A stretch of DNA of 11,539 nucleotides from positions 1-11,539 of the forward strand of contig QHTZ01000093.1 in NCBI GenBank assembly GCA_003221005.1, in the 5' to 3' direction. Below, piece by piece: positions 1-6,823 of the stretch. The notes below the pieces were generated by a model. That model saw only the letters and a list, made by a program, of their open reading frames with translations, did not search any database and was not told the DNA's origin. The translations under genes were made by a program, and so were the position numbers. Source of the stretch: Gemmatimonadota bacterium. GTDB taxonomy: Bacteria; Gemmatimonadota; Gemmatimonadetes; Gemmatimonadales; GWC2-71-9. Every line of letters starts with the position of its first letter. Position 1 is the first letter of the stretch.

Positions 1-150
1 CATGAGCGCGACCTCCCCGCCAATGTCGCGGAGAACAGCCGGCGCCGTACCGCCCGGGCAGCCGCGAATGCCAGCATCGCGCGCCGCAATGCCGAGAAGG
101 TGGCGCAGACCGTGTTGGTCATCGTGCCGGCGGCCGGAGTGGGTCCGTGA
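1..150 (+). CDS. 3' end of an upstream hypothetical protein (truncated by the window edge)
   Basis: Frame 1 is open from base 1 (HERDLPANVAENSRR...VLVIVPAAGVGP) to TGA 148-150. The stop overlaps the next GTG start (GTGA), typical of translational coupling. Not in the ORF track. Confidence 0.6.
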   Translation, partial: HERDLPANVAENSRRRTARAAANASIARRNAEKVAQTVLVIVPAAGVGP

Positions 151-842
151 ACCGGGGGGGGGACGGCCCTACCGCGCCTGGCGCGGTCGCCGTGCGAGTC
201 GTGCTCGCTCTCTCGCTCGCACCGGCGGCCGGGATCGCGCAGATCACGCTGTCCGGGACCGCGGCGGCATCGCTCGTCGTGCATCAGGTGAACATCGGAT
301 ACGGCGTCGAGGAGTCGAGCGGCCTGCTGTTGGCTGGGGAAGGCGGGGTGACGTTCCGCTCGCGGGTCGGGCTCGCGATTCGTGCCGCGGGAGGGTCCTT
401 GTCCACCTCGACGGCCGGGGCCGAGAACCGGGATATCGGCGAGGTCGGGGTCGAAGCGAGCGTCATCCCGGCACCGTGGCTCGCGCTGCGCGCGAGCGCG
501 ACGTCGCGGACCTATTCCACCGCGATCGCCCGGCAGCGTTGGACCATCGTGGGGGTCGGGGCCGAGGCGCGCCTCGACTTCGCGACGAGCCCGGTGCGGG
601 GGGTGCTACGCGGCGGCCTGCTCCCCGTCGTCACCGTGAAGGGCCTGCCCGAGCCCGACGTCGCGCTCACCGCAGGGGCGGGGATTGAGTACTGCACCGG
701 CTCGGTCATCGGCGGGCTGTTCTACGGGCTCGAGCGGTATGACTTCCCGGACGTGGGAGCGGGGCGCCGCCTCGAGCAGGTGAACACGCTGACGTTCCGC
801 TTCACCGTGCACCGTGGCGGCCGCCGCGTCACGCCGCAGTAA
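147..842 (+). CDS. Hypothetical exported protein, probable outer-membrane beta-barrel
   Basis: 231 aa. Signal-peptide-like stretch VRVVLALSLAPAAGIA-Q, then many Gly/aromatic strands with alternating polarity (GEVGVEASV, VGVGAEARL, TAGAGIEY, TLTFRFTV). Exact start uncertain. Confidence 0.6.
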   Translation: MNRGGDGPTAPGAVAVRVVLALSLAPAAGIAQITLSGTAAASLVVHQVNIGYGVEESSGLLLAGEGGVTFRSRVGLAIRAAGGSLSTSTAGAENRDIGEVGVEASVIPAPWLALRASATSRTYSTAIARQRWTIVGVGAEARLDFATSPVRGVLRGGLLPVVTVKGLPEPDVALTAGAGIEYCTGSVIGGLFYGLERYDFPDVGAGRRLEQVNTLTFRFTVHRGGRRVTPQ

Positions 843-1175
843 CTCAAAGCTTCGCTCTGAGCTAGCATCGTCGCGTGACACCGCCCGCCGCCTCGTTCGC
901 GAACCCGTAGCGTGCCACGCGCCCCGTCATGGGCACGCTCGCCGGCGACGATGGCGCGGTTGAGGACGCCGACCGAGGCAACCGGCACGACGGCAGCTCA
1001 GCGCCCTGGTCGGTCCCATCCTACGGGCTCCGTTCGTGGACCGGTGTCGCGTTTGACACCCCCAATGCCGCGAAAGCGCCCTAAACGGCTCCAGGCCCAA
1101 TGCGCAGATTCATTCGGGGTGCCCCAAGCGTAGTCCGCGGTCGGCGCCCAGGCATCGCAGCCTTCGGGGGTCGTC

Positions 1176-4100
1176 ATGAGCTGGATCGGTGTCGGGTTGC
1201 TCGCCGCCGGCATCCTCGCCGCGCAGGGGATCTCTACCCTAATGCGCCAGGATCGGACGCCGGAAGTCCGTTTCTTCGGTGCACTCACGCTGCTGCTCGC
1301 GGGTCTCGGTCTCGTGGCTTGCGGGCCGTTGTTCGTCGGACGGCTCGTACTCAGTCCGGAGCTCGGCACCGTGATGGTGGAAGGATCACTCGCTCGGTTC
1401 GCGTTGGCGGTCGGCATCGCCGGTGGCTGCGTGGCCGGCGGCCTGGGTTGGCACGTGGCTCGATTGGGCGCCGGCTGGGCAAGTCGTCTGCCGTGGCTCC
1501 TCGGGGTGGGCGCGGGCGTCGGCGTCGTGGCGGCTACCCGTTTACTCCCCTTCAATCCCGACGACGCAGCCACGCTGCGGGTCTACGCGTACGACCTGTG
1601 GTGGCCAGTGCCCTTGATCTGGCTCTCGGTTTGCGTTGTGGATACGGCGCTCATCGTGCTGCGCGCGGGCAGCACACTGTGGCGCTGGTGGGCGGCCACG
1701 ATCTTGATTTCGGCCATCGGGTTCCGCGCGCTGGCCCGACCGACCCTCGTGGACCCGACGTCTAGAGCCCTGTGGCTGGCCGCCTTGGTGGGCTCCGGGT
1801 TGTCGGCCTTGGGGCTGACCGTGACTTGTGCGCGGCGCGCGATCCTCGCTCATCGTGAAGGGACGCTCCACGCGCCGTCGCTCAAGCGGCCCACGCTCCG
1901 ACAGAGCATCCTCTTGACGGGGCTGACCCTGGTTTCGCTCAGTGTAATCTTCCCCTTCGTCTTCTACCTGAACGTCGACACCGCGCTGCTGCTGGCGATG
2001 TTCATCATCGGCTGGACACTCATCGCGGAGCTGACCGAGGGGGGGCCACTCCAGAAGCTGGCGCAGACGATCGTGACGGCGGAGGTGCCGCACGCACGAG
2101 TCTTACTGGCCGAATGGTGGCGACAGGTCCGCGCGCGGCTCACCGGCTGGGCGCAAGGGCTCGGCGCGCACCTCAAGGGACTGGTGAGCCCCGGATCTTG
2201 GCCCGCCGCTCTCCTGAGGGTGATTGCGCTGGTGGTCGCCCTGGTCGTCTTGAGCGAGATCCCGAATTCCGGCAAGACGATCATCGAGCCGTTCAATGCC
2301 TCCCGCCCCACCGGCCCGGACAAGGTCGGCCGGGCCTTCTCGGACCGGTTATTCCACGACCTCGGCCTCCTCGACCAGCAGCTGCAGCCGTCGGTGGTCA
2401 CGCCGGAGGGAGGCGCCGGGAAAATACGCTACGTCACGATGGGCGTCGGGACGGGGATGACCAATGCGGCCCTCGGGGAGATCAAGGACATTGCAGTGGC
2501 CGGGGTCCACATTCCGTTGACGCTCCTAGTCGCGCCGGTCCAGGGTCCCATGCACGCCCTGCTCAACGTGCGCGTGATCACCGGCAACGTCGAGGCCGAC
2601 CGGCGCAGTTACACGGTGCTTGCCAGTGCGAGCACGGGAATGACGTGGACCGCGTCCGTGCCGCGCGACGGGTCCAAGGTCGCCGATACGTCCGCCGCCG
2701 ATGACGCGGCGACGGATCTCGCCGAGCGGCTGGCGTTCAAGATCATCAGTACCGATCGGCGGTTCACGCCACTGGGGATGACGACGTCGTGGGATGCGTT
2801 TCAGGCGTTCCGCGAGGGACTCGAAGCCTGGAGCGACTTCAAGGCTCGGAACGAAGCCGATGCCCAGACGTACGACGGTCTCACCCGCGCCATTGCCCGC
2901 TTTCAGGAAGCGACCAAGCAGGATCCCGCCTTCGCGCTGGCGCACTACCGCCTCGGAGTGGCCCTCGAGGACGACGGCCAGCCGATGGCCGCCGCGCAGG
3001 CGTTCCGCGCGGCGTTGAGCGCCGACCCGCACTTCGTGGCCGGCTATAACGCACTCGCTTACCACCTCTTCTTCTTTGACGACTATTACTACGCGACGGC
3101 CGCTGCTTTGCCTCCCAAGGCACCGTCTACGGAGGTTGCCCGTCAGGCGCGCCGCGACGAAGCTCGCGCCCTCTGGCAGCGCGCGATCCTGCTCGCGGAG
3201 GGCGATGCCCAGACCAAGGCGTCGGCGTACTACGGGTTGTGTCGGTACGCGCTCGAAGCCAGACAGTTCGGCGCCGCGTATTTCTACTGCACACGCGCCG
3301 GCAAGATCTACGCGGAGTTATCCCGCGAGGTGCTGTCGGCGCTGCGAGGTCGGGACGCCGAGGCCTCCGCGCTCAACGCGCTGGGCGTGGCGCTGGAACT
3401 CAGCGACGCCCTCCACGAGGACTCAGTGGCCGAGGACGAGTGGTCCTGTCAGGCGAGGGAGGTAGCTGCGAGCGGGACGGTGAAGCGGGCGACCATCACG
3501 CACAGTTGGTATGCCGCGACTGCGCTCCCGTATTACCGCCGAGCGATCGCGCTGCAGCCCAATGACCTCACTGTGCAGTGCAACGCGGCGAGCACGGCCT
3601 ACGTGTTGGGCGACACGCACCCGATGCGGGCGCTCGAGTCGCTGGCCGCCGCGCACCGCACGCTAGCGGACGGGTACCGGGAGAGCGCCAAGGGGGCGGG
3701 TAGCGACACGGTGGCGTCGGCCTCCTATCGGCTCGCGCTGGAACAGTACCAACGGGCCATCGAGCTCGATCCCGCAGACGTGGTTTCCCTGAACGGATAC
3801 GCGTACGCCTTCTGGAGCTGGCGACTCGGGTGGCCGGCCTCCAGGGAACCGACCACGGCCATGGCCGAAAGCGCGGAGGCGCACGCCCGCTCCGCGGTCA
3901 CGCTGACCGCCACACAGCGGAGCGCTCTGGAGGCCATCGTTCGATCCACGTTGGGCGAGGTTCTGCTAGCGGAGGCCAGACCGCACGAGGCCATCGTCGA
4001 GCTGCGGTACATACTCGACCATAACCTCGCGCCGAAGCACGCCTCCTACGACGAGCTCCGTTGGGACCTGGCCGAGGCCGATCTCTGCGCCGCCCACAAC

Positions 4101-4655
4101 GACGAGGATGCCCGGCTGACGGATTCACGCCACATCCAGGCAATGAAGATGGAGGCGGGTGAGCTGCTCGAAGGCATCCGACACAACGAGGAGCCGCGCG
4201 AGTTTCGGCCGTTCAGCAACGCGCCCCGCCGCCTGGACCCGGCGCACACTCAGCTGGCCTGCCAACGCAGGTTCGCGCTGCAGAGCGTCGGCGATTCGGC
4301 CGAGACGTGGTTTCGGCTGCTCGAGGGCCGACCCCACTACTCGGCGTACAAGATCTGCCGTTGGCTCGGCGTGCTCGGCGACGCGTACGATGGCTCGCTC
4401 GAGCCCCTCGACAGCCTCTGGCTACACGTCTGGGGTTCCGGGGTGGACGGACGCATCCGGGTCGGCGACGCCCCGCGCGACGCGATCTTTCTGTCGTACA
4501 CGCCGAGGAACAGCCACGGCGAATACCTCGCCCGGCTGGAGAATGCTGCCGGTGGGCCGGCCTCCGGCGCGTACGAGATCGCAACGTTCGCCAATGATCG
4601 CCCCGATCGCTGTCCTAGAAACCAGATCGAACTGACCTTCATTCGAGAGCGCTAG
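1176..4655 (+). CDS. Large multi-pass membrane protein with TPR repeats
   Basis: 1159 aa. About 9-10 hydrophobic segments in the first ~360 aa. TPR motifs: AIARFQEATKQDPAFALAHYRLGVAL, FRAALSADPHFVAGYNALAY, YYRRAIALQPND, YQRAIELDPADVVSLNGYAY. GGGGG 7 nt upstream of the ATG. Confidence 0.8.
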   Translation: MSWIGVGLLAAGILAAQGISTLMRQDRTPEVRFFGALTLLLAGLGLVACGPLFVGRLVLSPELGTVMVEGSLARFALAVGIAGGCVAGGLGWHVARLGAGWASRLPWLLGVGAGVGVVAATRLLPFNPDDAATLRVYAYDLWWPVPLIWLSVCVVDTALIVLRAGSTLWRWWAATILISAIGFRALARPTLVDPTSRALWLAALVGSGLSALGLTVTCARRAILAHREGTLHAPSLKRPTLRQSILLTGLTLVSLSVIFPFVFYLNVDTALLLAMFIIGWTLIAELTEGGPLQKLAQTIVTAEVPHARVLLAEWWRQVRARLTGWAQGLGAHLKGLVSPGSWPAALLRVIALVVALVVLSEIPNSGKTIIEPFNASRPTGPDKVGRAFSDRLFHDLGLLDQQLQPSVVTPEGGAGKIRYVTMGVGTGMTNAALGEIKDIAVAGVHIPLTLLVAPVQGPMHALLNVRVITGNVEADRRSYTVLASASTGMTWTASVPRDGSKVADTSAADDAATDLAERLAFKIISTDRRFTPLGMTTSWDAFQAFREGLEAWSDFKARNEADAQTYDGLTRAIARFQEATKQDPAFALAHYRLGVALEDDGQPMAAAQAFRAALSADPHFVAGYNALAYHLFFFDDYYYATAAALPPKAPSTEVARQARRDEARALWQRAILLAEGDAQTKASAYYGLCRYALEARQFGAAYFYCTRAGKIYAELSREVLSALRGRDAEASALNALGVALELSDALHEDSVAEDEWSCQAREVAASGTVKRATITHSWYAATALPYYRRAIALQPNDLTVQCNAASTAYVLGDTHPMRALESLAAAHRTLADGYRESAKGAGSDTVASASYRLALEQYQRAIELDPADVVSLNGYAYAFWSWRLGWPASREPTTAMAESAEAHARSAVTLTATQRSALEAIVRSTLGEVLLAEARPHEAIVELRYILDHNLAPKHASYDELRWDLAEADLCAAHNDEDARLTDSRHIQAMKMEAGELLEGIRHNEEPREFRPFSNAPRRLDPAHTQLACQRRFALQSVGDSAETWFRLLEGRPHYSAYKICRWLGVLGDAYDGSLEPLDSLWLHVWGSGVDGRIRVGDAPRDAIFLSYTPRNSHGEYLARLENAAGGPASGAYEIATFANDRPDRCPRNQIELTFIRER

Positions 4656-4698
4656 CGGGAGGGCCCGGTGCCCAGGAGCGCGGTTTACGCGAGACGCG

Positions 4699-4726
4699 GA
4701 ACGTCCCACGAATCCGTGCGACGTTC
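4699..4726. terminator. Stem-loop between convergent genes (possible terminator)
   Basis: GAACGTCCCACG-AATC-CGTGCGACGTTC: 12-bp stem with one mismatch, 43 nt after the 4655 stop. No U-tract. Confidence 0.35.
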
Positions 4727-4803
4727 ATCTGGCTGGTCCAAGGGACGTCCGTGTCTGTCGCATCGGAGCTTCTCTTCCGTGTGAGTGTGCCGTGCGGGAC
4801 GTC

Positions 4804-4824
4804 TGCCACCACTCTTGCCACCAG
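4804..4824 (+). repeat. TGCCACCA-N4-TGCCACCA motif, copy 1 (putative integrase arm-type site)
   Basis: TGCCACCACTCTTGCCACCAG, 20/21 identical to 10800-10820. Confidence 0.7.
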
Positions 4825-4842
4825 CGCGCGACCCTGCGACGG

Positions 4843-4850
4843 CTAGTCGC
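4843..4850 (+). repeat. CTAGTCGC direct repeat, left copy
   Basis: Identical to 9429-9436. The pair brackets the three-gene module 4910-9415. Confidence 0.45.
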
Positions 4851-4909
4851 AGAGTCGACGCTGGGAAGTCAGAGGACATTCCTCTCCGCTGATGGCGCGG
4901 TCCTGAGCG

Positions 4910-5617
4910 CTACTGCGGCCACGTGGCGAAGCCCGCGTCGGGCGCAGGGTCGAAGCACTGAAACCCATCCGACCCCAAGTGTGCATGCCGTGCGCAAGTG
5001 TCGGCATCCCATTGAAACGCCGATGGCTCACCCAGCGCGCTCGCGTCGACGGACACCCTGATCTCTGCCCCGTCGATCGTGAACGGCACCGGCGTAACGA
5101 CCATGGCTTCCCCTGTCAGCAGCGGTCTCAGGTCGTACAGCAGTCCGCTAAACTCCGTTCCATCCCACTCGACGTCGACGAAGAATTCAAACGGTCTCGT
5201 CTGGCCCGGGCCCGACGGAAACGCGCCGTCCTGGCCAGAAGGAAACGTGGTCGGATCCGTGTCAAGCCCGAACAACCAGCCCTGGACGCCGAGTCCTCCG
5301 GACACCGCAGCGGGACTCCCGGGCACAACGTCGGCGAGATCCATCGTGAAGACGAATGTTCGGCCCATCTTGCTCACCTCGACCCTGACTATGTCGAGGT
5401 ACCCTGGAACCTTGGCGGCAGACCCTGGCCCCGTATTCCTATTCCAAGCCGCGTCGCCGGCGGGATCGGTGACGACACTGGTCAGTGGCGCTGCCGCGTC
5501 GAATGCCGCTGCCGGGTGGCCGCGCAACGCCGTCGGGGCGTTTCGCTCAGTGCAGCCCGCGAGAAAGGCGAGCAGCCCGCCGGCGATAATGAGCTGCCAC
5601 GGTCGGTTTCGATTCAT
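4910..5617 (-). CDS. Hypothetical lipoprotein (beta-rich, acidic)
   Basis: Likely start is ATG 5617 (MNRNRPWQL...), preceded by AGGAGG, rather than 5689. 235 aa with lipobox LAGC. Asp-rich motifs TDPAGDA, LDIVRVEV, GLDTDP, DPAPD. Confidence 0.8.
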   Translation of the reverse strand: MNRNRPWQLIIAGGLLAFLAGCTERNAPTALRGHPAAAFDAAAPLTSVVTDPAGDAAWNRNTGPGSAAKVPGYLDIVRVEVSKMGRTFVFTMDLADVVPGSPAAVSGGLGVQGWLFGLDTDPTTFPSGQDGAFPSGPGQTRPFEFFVDVEWDGTEFSGLLYDLRPLLTGEAMVVTPVPFTIDGAEIRVSVDASALGEPSAFQWDADTCARHAHLGSDGFQCFDPAPDAGFATWPQ

Positions 5618-5726
5618 AACGCCTCCTCGGAGCCCGCTGCCGTCGGCAAGGCGCGGGCATTGGGGTCTCGCTGTGCCCGGTAACGCCACCAGGCTGGCGC
5701 GCTTTCATCCCCGCCTCCAAGACACC

Positions 5727-6635
5727 TTACGGCTTCCACGCGGGCTCTCGGCCGCTGTCGCTGAGGCGGGTGACGCCCGAGCCGTCGGGGCTCATCACAT
5801 AGATCTCGTCCTTGTAGGACTCGTTCTCGCGCGCGAACGCGATCTTCGAGCCGTCCGGCGACCAGGCCGGCGTAAGGTCTTCAAGCGGGTGTATGGTGAG
5901 CCGGGTGACGCCCGAGCCGTCGGCGTTCATCACATAGATCTCCCCGTAGTACTCGTCGCGATCGCTCGCGAAGGCGATTCGGCTGCCGTCCGGCGACCAG
6001 GCTGGCGTGTAGTCGTCCGCCGGGTTGTTCGTGAGGTTCTTCACGCCCGTCCCGTCGGCATTCATGACGTAGATGTCACGGCTCAGCGTCGGGCCGACGC
6101 GGCGACTGAAGGCGATCTTCGCGCCGTCCGGCGACCAGGCCGGCCAAGCGTCATCCGCAGGATCGTGTGTGAGGTTCGTGACGGCCGAGCCGTCAGGGTT
6201 CATCACGTAGATCTCACCGTTGCCGTCGCGATAGCTCTCGAAGGCGATCTTCGTGCCGTCGGGCGACCAGGCAGGCCCCCAGGCGGTCACCGGGTCGTTG
6301 GTGAGCCGGGTGACTCCCGAGCCGTCGGCATTCATCACATAGATGTCGTAGATCCGGTGGGTCCCGTCGCCGTCGCTCGCGAAGGCGATCCTTCTGCCGT
6401 CCGGCGACCAAGCCGGGTCGATGTCCGTCGCGGGGGTGTTCGTGAGCCGGCTCACGCCCGAGCCGTCAGCATTCATCACATAGATCTCCTGGTTGCCGTC
6501 GCGAGCGCTCACAAAGGCGATCGTGCCGAGTGGTGGCGCGGCCGACGGCCCGGTGGAGTCGGACCCGCTGCACGCCAGCGCGACCAATAGCAGCGCACCC
6601 GCGCCGACGAGCAACCACTCACGAACTCGCTTCAT
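5727..6635 (-). CDS. TolB-like six-bladed beta-propeller (PD40 repeat) lipoprotein
   Basis: 302 aa, GGAGG RBS, lipobox-like ALAC. Six ~44-aa repeats IAFxSx[26 protein letters not shown]. Lacks the TolB N-terminal domain and any tol-pal context, so it is not tolB itself. Confidence 0.9.
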   Translation of the reverse strand: MKRVREWLLVGAGALLLVALACSGSDSTGPSAAPPLGTIAFVSARDGNQEIYVMNADGSGVSRLTNTPATDIDPAWSPDGRRIAFASDGDGTHRIYDIYVMNADGSGVTRLTNDPVTAWGPAWSPDGTKIAFESYRDGNGEIYVMNPDGSAVTNLTHDPADDAWPAWSPDGAKIAFSRRVGPTLSRDIYVMNADGTGVKNLTNNPADDYTPAWSPDGSRIAFASDRDEYYGEIYVMNADGSGVTRLTIHPLEDLTPAWSPDGSKIAFARENESYKDEIYVMSPDGSGVTRLSDSGREPAWKP

Positions 6636-6771
6636 ATGCGCCTCCGTCTAAACAGGCCCCGGCAGATTCACAGCCTCCGTCCCGTTGCGCGACAGCCACT
6701 TACGCTGTTGCCAGGCCGAGCCAGAGCGAATCAGCCGTGTCTCAATTCGCCACGGGGGTCCCTGAGCGCTA

Positions 6772-6814
6772 ATTTTGAACGACGGCGTAAGAGCCGGGTC
6801 AGAAACCGGTCAGA
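6772..6814 (-). promoter_or_regulatory. Putative SARP-type binding box and -10 element driving the lipoprotein genes
   Basis: Minus strand reads TCTGACC-ggtt-TCTGACC-cggc-TCTTACG (11-bp period), then 8 nt, then CAAAAT (6777-6772). Confidence 0.6.
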
Positions 6815-6823
6815 TGGTCTATC

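Noticed and set aside
2-688. 228-aa Arg/Gly-rich ORF and similar short overlapping ORFs throughout
   Set aside because: Off-frame products of high GC content, overlapping better-supported CDSs.
1053-1087. Perfect TTGACA -35 hexamer
   Set aside because: No -10-like hexamer at 16-18 bp spacing.
4881-4888. CCTCTCCG matching the tRNA 3' end
   Set aside because: Only 8 nt with no T-arm similarity, insufficient for an att site.
950-4901. GATGGCGCGGT at 950 and 4891, and GCGCGGT recurring in intergenic regions
   Set aside because: Short GC-rich matches are expected by chance and show no consistent positional logic.
4792-5061. Shared VCHHSCHQ peptide in ORFs 4792-5061 and 10527-10937 (looks like a metal-binding motif)
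   Set aside because: It is only the translation of the DNA repeat TGCCACCA-N4-TGCCACCA. Both ORFs overlap real features.
5079-6590. 503-aa plus-strand ORF
   Set aside because: Antisense shadow of the two lipoprotein genes. Its repeats mirror the PD40 repeats, and the minus-strand genes have RBSs, lipoboxes and motifs.
5727-6635. tolB assignment, or a CRISPR-like array from the periodic repeats
   Set aside because: No TolB N-domain or tol-pal neighbours. The repeats are in-frame coding blades with related, not unique, spacers, and no cas genes are present.
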